Shown: piece after piece, positions 55,608 to 64,000 of the stretch
Position numbering within the stretch: position 1 is the stretch's first letter
Layout: each line of letters opens with the position of its first letter
Virus record (IMG/VR): IMGVR_UViG_3300003320_000620
Location: 1-64,000 of that record
Origin: a virus
Taxonomy: Duplodnaviria > Caudoviricetes
Reading direction: 5' to 3' (one strand)
Length of the DNA: 64,000 nt
Program-made: the position numbers and the translations under genes
The notes under the pieces: model-generated
Told to the model about the DNA's origin: nothing
The model's input: the letters and a program-made list of their open reading frames with translations, nothing else
Databases searched by the model: none

Positions 55608-56744
55608 ATGAGCGTTGAGAGCGTAGTAAAGACAATAAGCAGTGTCACCTTGGGGCCGAAAGGCCACCATGATCCTTCTTTTGGCGAACTTGAAAGCGAC
55701 TATGTTACCCGTTGTCTAAAGGCAAATGGACAGGGTGACTTTTGGCGCCTTAACCTAGAAAAGAAAATTGGTAATTATTGCCAAGTGCCTTTTGTTGTTC
55801 CAACAAATTCAGGAACAGCAGCCCTGCATGTTGGATTAGCAGCTGCAGGTGTAAAGCCTAACGAGGAAGTGCTTGTTCCAAGCCTTACTTTTGTTGGTAC
55901 GGCAAACGCTGTTTGCTATGTGGGCGCTATTCCTCATTTTATTGACTGTCTGCTAGTTCTTAGCGGGTATACATTAAGGAAATACCTAGAAAAAAACACA
56001 AAGCCAACTGAGGATGGTAGAGGACGGTTGAATCCTACAACAAATAGGGTAATATCAGCGGTCATAGCTGTTGATCTTTTGGGTTTTCCAGCAGAATTAA
56101 ACGAGCTTGAGGAAGTAGCTGAGGACTTTGGCCTTTGTTTGATTGAAGATGCAGCCCAAGCCTTCGGCTCATCTATTGGTGACCGCAAGTGCGGTAGCTT
56201 TGGGAAAGCTGCTATTTTAAGTTTCAATAGTAATAAGATTGTAACTGGACATGGTGGTGGTGCTCTACTGACCAAGGACGAATCTATAGCTGCTAGGGCC
56301 AGGGCCTTATCCAACACAGCACGAACTGACCACCCCTGGCGCATAGAACACGTAGAACTAGCCTTCAATTACAGAATGTCTTCATTAACTGCTGCTTTGA
56401 TTTGTGCTCAAATTGACCGGATTGATTCTTTTCTTGAGGCAAAGAAAATTATACTGGAAAAGTATGTAAACGCCTTAGTACATGAGAACGACGTTTCAGT
56501 TCTACGGTATGCCAACTCAATCTATAAGCCGAACTACTGGCTAGCCACAATCCTATCAAATTCAAGAAGCGAGTTGCTCAACTCCTTGCATAAGAAAGGA
56601 ATCAAGGCTAGGGCACTTTTCACGCCGCTGCACAGTCTCCCTGCTTTTGATGGTTTTCCTCATGAAGAGGATATGTGTGGTACCAAGTTTTGCTATAAGA
56701 ACTACGTGTGCTTACCTTCTGGTGTATCAATAGCATGGCAATAG
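55608..56744 (+). CDS. legC: PLP-dependent sugar aminotransferase (DegT family, LegC-like)
   Basis: N-terminal HDPSF (LegC HEPxF-like), NSGTAALH, IEDAAQAFGS, SFNSNKIVTGHGGG and FNYRMS. Confidence 0.85.
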   Translation: MSVESVVKTISSVTLGPKGHHDPSFGELESDYVTRCLKANGQGDFWRLNLEKKIGNYCQVPFVVPTNSGTAALHVGLAAAGVKPNEEVLVPSLTFVGTANAVCYVGAIPHFIDCLLVLSGYTLRKYLEKNTKPTEDGRGRLNPTTNRVISAVIAVDLLGFPAELNELEEVAEDFGLCLIEDAAQAFGSSIGDRKCGSFGKAAILSFNSNKIVTGHGGGALLTKDESIAARARALSNTARTDHPWRIEHVELAFNYRMSSLTAALICAQIDRIDSFLEAKKIILEKYVNALVHENDVSVLRYANSIYKPNYWLATILSNSRSELLNSLHKKGIKARALFTPLHSLPAFDGFPHEEDMCGTKFCYKNYVCLPSGVSIAWQ

Positions 56745-57766
56745 TGGTCGTTTCCGGCAGTAGAGCAGACAAAGGGCCTCTGTCACCTGTAGTAGCTGCT
56801 CTAAGGGCTCAGTGGTTGTTTCTAGAAACAGCTTACAATGCAGACGGGCATCAATGTGCTGTTTCGTGTAGTGTTGCTATGGCTCAAGCAGCCAATGCTT
56901 TCGACAAGCTAAAGCCAGAACTAGTCATACTTCTTGGTGACAGGTATGAAATTCTGGCTGCAGCTACAGCTGCTCATCTAATGAACATCCCAATAGCTCA
57001 TTTGAGTGGTGGGGACGTTACTGAAGGCTCACAAGACGATTCTATGCGGCATGCAATTACGAAATTGTCGCATCTTCATTTTGCTACTTGCTATCAAAGT
57101 GCGTCTAGAATCATAGCTATGGGGGAAGAACGCTGGCGTGTTTACGACGTAGGCTGCCCTGGCATTGACGGCCTGCTAAATACCGTTTTATTGGGTCGTG
57201 AAGCCACTCTACGTCAGCTTAATCTAGCTGAGCCTTACTACCTAGTGGCTTTTCAACCAGCCACCCTGCTGCCCGATCCAGCTGACGAGGCCAGGGCTTT
57301 AGTCAAAGCCCTGAAGTTCTTTCAAACTCCATGCATTTTTACTACCCTAAACACAGACATAGGCAGCCTTGATATTGAGGACCTTTTCAAGAGCTTTTGT
57401 AAGGAAGACGGCAAAAGCCAAATCTTGTCAATGTCTAGGCAGCTTTTCCTTTCAGCTATGAAACACAGTCATTTGATGATCGGGAATTCATCATCTGGCC
57501 TGTACGAAGCACCAACTCTACAAAAAGCTTTTGTCAATGTTGGCGTTAGACAGCAGGGTAGAACCAAGGCTAGATCAGTAATTGACTGCCCTGCTGAGAC
57601 AGCAGCTATCATCAAAGCTGTGCAACGAGCGTCGACTCTAGATTGTTCAAATGTTACGAACCCCTATGGTGATGGGAACACGGCAAAACGCATTGAGACA
57701 ATCATTAAGGCATTACCCGTAGATAAACAGCGCTTGTTGCATAAGAAATTAAGCTACGTTGCATGA
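56735..57766 (+). CDS. neuC: Hydrolysing NDP-GlcNAc-type 2-epimerase (NeuC/LegG family)
   Basis: SGSRAD, LLGDRYE, HLSGGDVTEGSQDDSMRHAITKLSHLHF, GNSSSG..EAP, NVGVRQQGR and YGDG. Confidence 0.95.
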   Translation: MAIVVVSGSRADKGPLSPVVAALRAQWLFLETAYNADGHQCAVSCSVAMAQAANAFDKLKPELVILLGDRYEILAAATAAHLMNIPIAHLSGGDVTEGSQDDSMRHAITKLSHLHFATCYQSASRIIAMGEERWRVYDVGCPGIDGLLNTVLLGREATLRQLNLAEPYYLVAFQPATLLPDPADEARALVKALKFFQTPCIFTTLNTDIGSLDIEDLFKSFCKEDGKSQILSMSRQLFLSAMKHSHLMIGNSSSGLYEAPTLQKAFVNVGVRQQGRTKARSVIDCPAETAAIIKAVQRASTLDCSNVTNPYGDGNTAKRIETIIKALPVDKQRLLHKKLSYVA

Positions 57767-58377
57767 ACATAATTTGGGATAAGGTTCATTCTGAACGGGA
57801 ATGGGGTATCTACCCAAACGAACATCTAGTCCGTTGGGCTTGTGGCAGGTTCAAGACAGGCGCTCAGCAAAAGGTACTAGATTTAGGTTGTGGTCAGGGG
57901 TCATCTACGTTGTTTTTGGCTAGAGAAGGTTTTGACGTCTCAGCCATAGATTTTAGCCATAACGCTGTTGCGAAATGTAACAAACGCTTAAGGGCAGAAA
58001 AGCTTAAAGCTCGTGTTTTTGTTGGCGAAATGATGCTGCTACCGTTTCAGAGCGGCTATTTCGACGGAGTTGTGGACGTTGTGTCTTCGGCTCATAATAC
58101 AAAGGCACACATAGAGCTTATCTACAAGGAAGCGGCTAGGGTACTGAAGGTAAACGGCACACTGTTCTTGATTACGCCAACCAACAGTTGCTCCAGGCGC
58201 CCTTTTATGGAATATGGTACGATCAGTTTCATGGAATCTGAGGAAATAAAGCATATCCTCGAAAAGAACTTTACGAATATAAAGATTCGCCATACATCTT
58301 ACGAAATTGATGATGGTTGCGAAGTCAGGAATTGGGTTGTAACTGCTGACCGCAAGGCGGCACAAGGAGAAGGTTAA
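57763..58377 (+). CDS. Class I SAM-dependent methyltransferase
   Basis: WGIYPNEHLVR and VLDLGCGQG, a type common in nonulosonate gene clusters. Confidence 0.9.
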   Translation: MNIIWDKVHSEREWGIYPNEHLVRWACGRFKTGAQQKVLDLGCGQGSSTLFLAREGFDVSAIDFSHNAVAKCNKRLRAEKLKARVFVGEMMLLPFQSGYFDGVVDVVSSAHNTKAHIELIYKEAARVLKVNGTLFLITPTNSCSRRPFMEYGTISFMESEEIKHILEKNFTNIKIRHTSYEIDDGCEVRNWVVTADRKAAQGEG

Positions 58378-59156
58378 TGGTTGACGAGTATGGCTTGGCC
58401 AATTCTGGCCAGATTCAGTGGCAGGGTGATTGGGGAGGCGTCGTTCAAGTCGAACGAAATAACAACATGGCCATTTTCTTCAATAAGGCTGTGCATAACC
58501 CAGCCAAATCTGCAGAAAGTGGGCATCCTTTCTACGACAACGTAGTTTTTGTGCGCATCGCACCCCCTGGTGAACGCCTTAATATTGTAGAGCGGCCTGC
58601 CCGTGATGAAGACCGCCGACGTTTTGCCGTTCAATGGGCACAGTTTCAGCAAAATCAGGAACAGCTGCCAGAAGGCATGCCAATTGACCTGCTCTACCCA
58701 GAGCAGCCAGCTGTCGGCGCTACGTTAAGGGCACACGGCGTTTACACTGTAGAACAGTGCGCTGATCTATCAGTCAATGCCATAGAAACAATTGGCATGG
58801 GGGCTCAGCAGTACGTCAACGATGCCAAGCGCATGTTGGAAATGGCTAATGCCGGGGTCACGGCTGTTCAACATCGTAAAGCTCTGGAAGAGCGCGATCA
58901 AAAGATCAGATTGCTCGAAAATACTGTGGCACAATTGCAGCAGACAGTTGCACGCCTCGAAAGTCAGAACACTGCTGCCCCGAATATTCAACAGCTGGCA
59001 CAGTTGCTCGCCAGTGTTCAGCAGCGCCCTGTGCATCTGCCAGAACAGGGTTTTGATGTGCAGACTACAACCATCAATGCCAATCACGCATCTGCGCTTG
59101 AAGCAGAGACCCGCAATCAGTCACAACGACAGCGCTCAAGAGCACGGGCTAGATAA
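58377..59156 (+). CDS. Conserved head/neck-module phage protein
   Basis: FF..AV.NPAKS.E.GHPFY....FVRI..PGE..NIVERP motif followed by a coiled coil. Confidence 0.75.
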   Translation: MVDEYGLANSGQIQWQGDWGGVVQVERNNNMAIFFNKAVHNPAKSAESGHPFYDNVVFVRIAPPGERLNIVERPARDEDRRRFAVQWAQFQQNQEQLPEGMPIDLLYPEQPAVGATLRAHGVYTVEQCADLSVNAIETIGMGAQQYVNDAKRMLEMANAGVTAVQHRKALEERDQKIRLLENTVAQLQQTVARLESQNTAAPNIQQLAQLLASVQQRPVHLPEQGFDVQTTTINANHASALEAETRNQSQRQRSRARAR

Positions 59157-59347
59157 AAAGAATGGTATGGGCGATCGCTGTTATTTGCGTATCGTTATCA
59201 TGTTCGCCCATACCTAAGATGGCTGGTTGGTTTTATTCTGAGCGTGATTGCGCAGAAGCTGCACACATGATTGCTCAATCATGGCAGCCAAAGATTGGCT
59301 TATATGAGATAAAGTGCGTCCCTAGATCAGCAATCTAAGGGCAACGA

Positions 59348-60319
59348 ATGCCTAAAACCATTCTAAACATGGTTAATTCAGCCCAAGCCGAACTTGGGCT
59401 GGCTCAATCTACATCGCTGTTTACGGCAGGCTCTACGGACGTTACCGGCACTCAAATGCTGGCACTGGCCAACCGTGCGCTCGACGAAATCAGGCGCATG
59501 CACCGATGGACAGCCCTAGACTTTGAATACAACCTTGTTGTTAGCACACCTCTGATAACTACTGGGGACATGGTTGCTGGGTCTGCTGTAATTACGAATA
59601 TACCCAGTACCGCTACGCTCACAGCCAACAATTACATGGTGTCGGGGGATGGTATACCCGCACCAGCACGTCTCCTATCAGTAGACAGTGCTACCCAAGT
59701 CACCATGACCATGGAGAATTCCAACACTACGAATTTGACCGGAACTTCAATAACTTTTGCCCGTGATACCTACCCAATCCCAGCTGATTTCGACAACTAT
59801 CATAATAGGACTATGTGGGACCGCACAAATAGGTGGGAACTGCTAGGCCCTGACAGCCCGCAAATAGACCAATGGCATAGATCAGGCATTGTAGCTACGG
59901 GGCCACGGCGCCACTTCAGGCAGATCGGCCCGTATTCTAGCAATTTCCGTATTTGGCCACCACCAGCTGAGATTGTAGCTCCCCTTCAGCTAGTCTTTGA
60001 ATACAGCAGCATCTATGCTGTAGCCCTTAATGGAAGTTCAACCAATTTTGCTCAGTATTTTGCCAACGATGCCGACACTATATTGCTTGATGAAAATGCC
60101 CTGATCATGGGCATCAAGTGGATGTTTTGGGAAGTCAAAGGCTTTGGCAGCTACGTTACCTTGCAGAACCGCTGGATAGATTACGTTAACCGTCTAATTG
60201 CACGTGACGGTGCCAATGAAACCCTTAGAATGGTTCAGCGCAGAGATCCACTGCTCATTTCTCCTGCGAACACGCAAGATGGGTTTTTCCCTGGCCCAGT
60301 GGGACCAAATGAAAGCTAG
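59348..60319 (+). CDS. Head-tail adaptor / tail tubular protein (probable)
   Basis: TILNMVNSAQAELGL...LLDENALIMGIKWMF..KG pattern typical of podovirus adaptors. Confidence 0.7.
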   Translation: MPKTILNMVNSAQAELGLAQSTSLFTAGSTDVTGTQMLALANRALDEIRRMHRWTALDFEYNLVVSTPLITTGDMVAGSAVITNIPSTATLTANNYMVSGDGIPAPARLLSVDSATQVTMTMENSNTTNLTGTSITFARDTYPIPADFDNYHNRTMWDRTNRWELLGPDSPQIDQWHRSGIVATGPRRHFRQIGPYSSNFRIWPPPAEIVAPLQLVFEYSSIYAVALNGSSTNFAQYFANDADTILLDENALIMGIKWMFWEVKGFGSYVTLQNRWIDYVNRLIARDGANETLRMVQRRDPLLISPANTQDGFFPGPVGPNES

Positions 60320-60371
60320 TTGACAGGGGTTGTAAAACTGCTGTATAGCCTCCTTAACCAAGGAGGTTTCG

Positions 60372-61079
60372 ATGAGAGGGCGTAAGTACGATCCAGAGTT
60401 TATGGCTGTTCTAAAAGAACAGGCAGAGGTCGATCCTGATACCGGCAAACTGAGTTTTAAGAAATTGTATGCTTCATTAGCCGTAAACGTAGGCTGGAGG
60501 GATGGTGTTATTGTTATTCCATACAGCCACATTGTTTGGTTTCTTACACATGGGGAATGGCCAGAACCAGGAATGCATGTTGATCATATAAATGACAATC
60601 CACTTGATAACAGATTGCTTAACTTAAGGATTGTTACTGAGGAGGAAAACCACAAAAAACGCAGAGGCAGAGCGGTAAACAGAAATTATGGATCAGGAAA
60701 ATATGGTTTTGGCCTTTGCATACACCACGATAAGCGTGATGGTAGGTACTATGTTAATCGCCATTTGTCACGCGGGCATGGAAATGGTGAGTTAAAGACA
60801 ATAAGAAAAGGATTGGGTGGTTTTGACACCTTAGAGGAAGCTGAAGACAGGGTTAATGACGCGATAGATCAAATAAAGGCCAATGGCTTGGATTTCATCC
60901 CAGTATACGAAAATATTGGTAAGAAAAGAGAAAGTTTGTTTCTTCAGTCTCAAGTAGAAAAGATGCGTGTTTTGCGTCGTGAAGGTAAAACTCTTGATGA
61001 GATCAAAAGAATTACTGGGTGTAATACTGTATACAAATTTGTCCGTGACATTGAGTCTGTTCGAGACAAGAAGAAATAA
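60372..61079 (+). CDS. Free-standing HNH endonuclease
   Basis: HIVWFLTHGEWPEPGMHVDHINDNPLDNRLLNLR..T.EEN. Confidence 0.9.
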   Translation: MRGRKYDPEFMAVLKEQAEVDPDTGKLSFKKLYASLAVNVGWRDGVIVIPYSHIVWFLTHGEWPEPGMHVDHINDNPLDNRLLNLRIVTEEENHKKRRGRAVNRNYGSGKYGFGLCIHHDKRDGRYYVNRHLSRGHGNGELKTIRKGLGGFDTLEEAEDRVNDAIDQIKANGLDFIPVYENIGKKRESLFLQSQVEKMRVLRREGKTLDEIKRITGCNTVYKFVRDIESVRDKKK

Positions 61080-62209
61080 TGGACGACACGTTCTTAACTG
61101 CTCAAACTCTAAAGAACAGCCCACCACTACCGCAATGGCCTGATCCAGCTATTGATCGCTTCATGGCCTCTTTGGGGCATAAGCCTGCTGTCCCAAACCC
61201 AGATTTAATCCCACCACCATCTCAACAACACGTAACAAACGCTAGAAGTGCTATAAATCAGGCTCTATTTGAACCTGGGATGGAATTAGGTGAAACCCTA
61301 AAGCGAACAGCTGACAGTCAGGGTAGTCCTTCTGACTACGCAGACATAGTTTCAAACCTGACTGGTTTGGTGCCTGCCGGTGCTTCTAAAGCGCTTATTG
61401 CTGGTCCTCTGGCTTTGGGTGCTGACCTAAAAAAGCTTTCCTTGGCACAAAAGATGGCCAAGGCTGATGAAGCCCTAAGGAGTGGTGGAAATTTAAGCCC
61501 TATTGAACAGGGGGCTGCAAAAATCAAATCTGAGCGAGAAATCTATGATAATACTGGCTGGTATCGTGGCGTAGACGGTAAATGGCGGTTCGAGATACCT
61601 GACAGAAACACTTTGTTTTTCAGGGAATCAAAACCTACAGGTGAGATACCGCTAAGTAAGAACTTTTATCACGCAGAATTGTTCAAAAACTACCCAGACA
61701 TGAAGAATATGAATTTGCAATGGGGCGATGCAAACACTTTAGGCGGCAACTATTTTGGAATGCATCATCCAGATGAAAATTTAATTCAGCTGTTAGTTGG
61801 AAGATCCAGAGAGGACACGAAAAGTACATTGCTGCACGAATTGCAGCATGCAATTCAACAAAGAGAAGGTTTTGCTCCAGGCACAAACGTAGAGCATCTT
61901 GGCGAACTGACACGCAAACATCTTATAGACAGTGGCAAAATTCCAGATAGGTCAATGTTTCCAGACGACAAGTCATGGCATGAAGCTTTAGACAAAATAG
62001 AATCTGTGCCTTTTAATCTTTACAAACGCCATGCTGGGGAAGTTGAAAGCAGAACTGTTCAACACCGTTTTGCACACCCATACATAGATATTCCGCCCTA
62101 TTATGGTGATTACCCCCGTCAGGAACAGATAATTCCCTATGAGTGGCTGCGTCATCAGCCGAAAGACGTTCAAGATTACGTCAGAAGCAACCTAGATCAC
62201 TATAAATAA
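61079..62209 (+). CDS. LPD23-like polyvalent-protein domain with an HExxH zincin motif (probable ejected protein)
   Basis: TGWYRGVDGKWRFEIPD, STLLHELQHAIQQREGFAPG and Y.RHAGEVESR.VQ.R. Confidence 0.75.
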   Translation: MDDTFLTAQTLKNSPPLPQWPDPAIDRFMASLGHKPAVPNPDLIPPPSQQHVTNARSAINQALFEPGMELGETLKRTADSQGSPSDYADIVSNLTGLVPAGASKALIAGPLALGADLKKLSLAQKMAKADEALRSGGNLSPIEQGAAKIKSEREIYDNTGWYRGVDGKWRFEIPDRNTLFFRESKPTGEIPLSKNFYHAELFKNYPDMKNMNLQWGDANTLGGNYFGMHHPDENLIQLLVGRSREDTKSTLLHELQHAIQQREGFAPGTNVEHLGELTRKHLIDSGKIPDRSMFPDDKSWHEALDKIESVPFNLYKRHAGEVESRTVQHRFAHPYIDIPPYYGDYPRQEQIIPYEWLRHQPKDVQDYVRSNLDHYK

Positions 62210-62219
62210 TGTCAGGACC

Positions 62220-64000
62220 ATGCTGATGGATTTTCAAACGTTAGCAGATGCGCTGAAGCGCACACGCGAAGCCACTGACATAACTAACTTAGTCCCAAGA
62301 GCTGTTGGGCCGACTACTGGTAGTATACCTCAGGATATGATTGGTTCGCTGCCAGCAGCCTTAATGGGACTTGGTCCATCAGGACGTGCAGCCCCTGCTG
62401 CTGGTGGCCGAATGGGCTACAGGGATGTATTTACAGGCCGCTATGCCAACCCAGCAAACGATCCTGGTAGGCAGGCCTACCCTGCAGTCGCAGCCACTCA
62501 AATAGCAGGTGCTTTATCCCCAACTGGTGGCCCTCCCAGTATAGCCTCTGAGCCAATTCAAGGCTCACCAGAAATTAATAGAATGCCTCCAGCAGGCCAA
62601 CCTGAAATGCCACTTTGGATGCAAAGTGGTATGCAGGAAACTCCTCAGGCACCTAATCCGTTTAATGTTGAGCCCCCACGTCCTGAAGACGCTTTGCGTG
62701 AGCTATACCGTTCAGGCATGAGTGCCGACACGGGCAAAGCAGCTTCTCCTGGTGCCTCTTCTGGTAAGGCTGCACGCCCTAAGCCAAAAAAGAAAATGGC
62801 GTATAAGGCGCCCGCTAAGCCAGAACCAGGGCCATTTGATTTCTTACACAAACTACTTCCGATGGAACAGGGTGGCGTTAACCCGACTGGCCAACCCATG
62901 CTGGTAGGTGAGGACGGCCCTGAAGTAGTAGTTCCGAGCGGCCCAACAGCAGTCATACCAAACGAAAATTTGCCTAATCTCGCAATCAGGTCAGGGATGC
63001 AGCGTACGCCCCCCGAGCAGGTAGATGCTTTTCCAGCGCCACCACAATCCCGTGCTGATCAGGCTTACCAAACCAGCATTGACAGGTGGAAGAACATATT
63101 CAACAATCCAGGACCTGCAATAAGCAATCTTGGTACAACAGGCCAGATCATTGGCACTGTTATGGAAAATGCAGATCCTGAAAGAAGGCTTCAACGTGGA
63201 TTGCTGCCGCTTAATGCGCCAAAAACGCCAAAAACAGTAAGCGAAGATGATACAATTCCAGCTTTAGCACAGCCTGCACAGGGCACCCAAGCTTTGGACC
63301 TTCAGGCGCTAATGAAACAGCGTGAATCGCTTAATACTCAACGCCAATCTCTTGATGCTCAACGTTCAACTGCTGTTGCTGACAGAGATATGCAACTAAA
63401 GGGTGGCATAGACAAGAAAACCGGCAAGCCTATTCAGGCTGGACGTGGGCCAAACTACGACGCCAAAGAAGCTGAGGTGGCACGTCTGACTGGCGAAGTA
63501 GGCACTATTGATGGTCAGATAAAGAATCTTGACGAACTTATTAAAAATCAGACTAAGATTCAATCACCCGAATATCAGGATATGCTTTCTGAAGGGCGCA
63601 AAGCAGCTGCTGTTCGTGATCAAATGCTTACCGATAGGCGTCACACTTACGAAGAATTAGCTCCCAATTGGCTGAAAAATGCACAAGCCGTTTTGCCGTT
63701 TGCAACCGGAGCTACTGTTCAGGGTATTACTGCTTTGGTTCAAGCTTTGAAGAACAGGGTAGGCGCTAACCGATGGTGGAATGCTATAGAAGCTGCGAAT
63801 GATGCCAAAACCTACACACCAACCCAAAGAAAAGGCTTTGCCAGAACTTCAGAGGGGTATGAAAAGGAATACCCTAGGCCAACAGTAGGGTCAGTGTTGG
63901 GTTCTTATGGTAAGAACGCAGCCCTTGGAGGGGTTGAGGGTTTTGCTTTGAGCAACTTGCCAGAAGCCTATAACTCATTTCTTCCTGCAGAAAACCAAGA
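62220..64000 (+). CDS. Large Pro/Ala/Gly-rich protein, probable internal virion/ejection protein (partial)
   Basis: Open frame from ATG 62220 (MLMDFQTLADALKR); contains GGVNPTGQPMLVGEDGPEVVVPSG...IPN. No ORF-track entry, consistent with running off the window; I translated only the first part. Confidence 0.7.
   Translation, partial: MLMDFQTLADALKRTREATDITNLVPRAVGPTTGSIPQDMIGSLPAALMGLGPSGRAAPAAGGRMGYRDVFTGRYANPANDPGRQAYPAVAATQIAGALSPTGGPPSIASEPIQGSPEINRMPPAGQPEMPLWMQSGMQETPQAPNPFNVEPPRPEDALRELYRSGMSADTGKAASPGASSGKAARPKPKKKMAYKAPAKPEPGPFDFLHKLLPMEQGGVNPTGQPMLVGEDGPEVVVPSGPTAVIPNENLPNLAIRSGMQRTPPEQVDAFPAPPQSRADQAYQTSIDRWKNIFNNPGPAISNLGTTGQIIGTVMENADPERRLQRGLLPLNAPKTPKTVSEDDTIPALAQPAQGTQALDLQALMKQRESLNTQRQSLDAQRSTAVADRDMQLKGGIDKKTGKPIQAGRGPNYDAKEAEVARLTGEVGTIDGQIKNLDELIKNQTKIQSPEYQDMLSEGRKAAAVRDQMLTDRRHTYEELAPNWLKNAQAVLPFATGATVQGITALVQALKNRVGANRWWNAIEAANDAKTYTPTQRKGFARTSEGYEKEYPRPTVGSVLGSYGKNAALGGVEGFALSNLPEAYNSFLPAENQ

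Noticed and set aside
56191-56201. Second ops-like motif GCGGTAGCTTT
   Set aside because: Lacks the final conserved G and lies within the aminotransferase codons for CGSF; probably chance.
50581-58377. Pseudaminic acid or plain Neu5Ac pathway as the interpretation
   Set aside because: No PseG nucleotidase or PseH. A NeuC-type epimerase together with a dehydratase and a LegC-like aminotransferase fits the legionaminic route better. The exact sugar is still unproven.
30663-63194. Minus-strand ORFs in the late operon other than the LAGLIDADG gene
   Set aside because: Antisense shadows of well-supported plus-strand genes.
1-64000. tRNA, rRNA, integrase or transposase genes
   Set aside because: No cloverleaf with a T-loop consensus and no rRNA, recombinase or DDE motifs were recognised by eye. 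A tRNAscan-SE run would be needed to be certain.

Overview
A 64-kb segment of a large tailed phage genome. The head module looks podovirus-like and the host is probably alphaproteobacterial (Rhizobiales-like; inference). Left part (1-19.9 kb, minus strand): replication and early genes, including an intein-split SF2 helicase, an intein-split DnaB-like helicase, a ParB-like protein, an AAA+ ATPase, a PC4-like protein and many small ORFs. Middle part (18.7-29.7 kb): early/accessory genes with unusual non-coding structure. This includes a chain of long-range RNA stems looping out genes, two islands almost free of TCB/VGA trinucleotides, a polar AGATGAG array and a perfect chromosomal-type parS site. 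Right part (29.8-64 kb, plus strand): one long late operon. It opens with an RfaH/NusG-like antiterminator followed by an ops-like element and a cold-shock protein, then fibre genes, a sulfotransferase, terminase, a frameshifted portal and the scaffold. The major capsid gene is split by SIX group I introns (reconstructed as 7 exons, 343 aa). A near-complete legionaminic-acid-type nonulosonate pathway with two Maf-type (DUF115) transferases sits among the virion structural genes, which suggests the phage coats its virion with a sialic-acid-like sugar. All family assignments come from motif recognition by eye; no database searches were run. No tRNA, rRNA or CRISPR array was seen.
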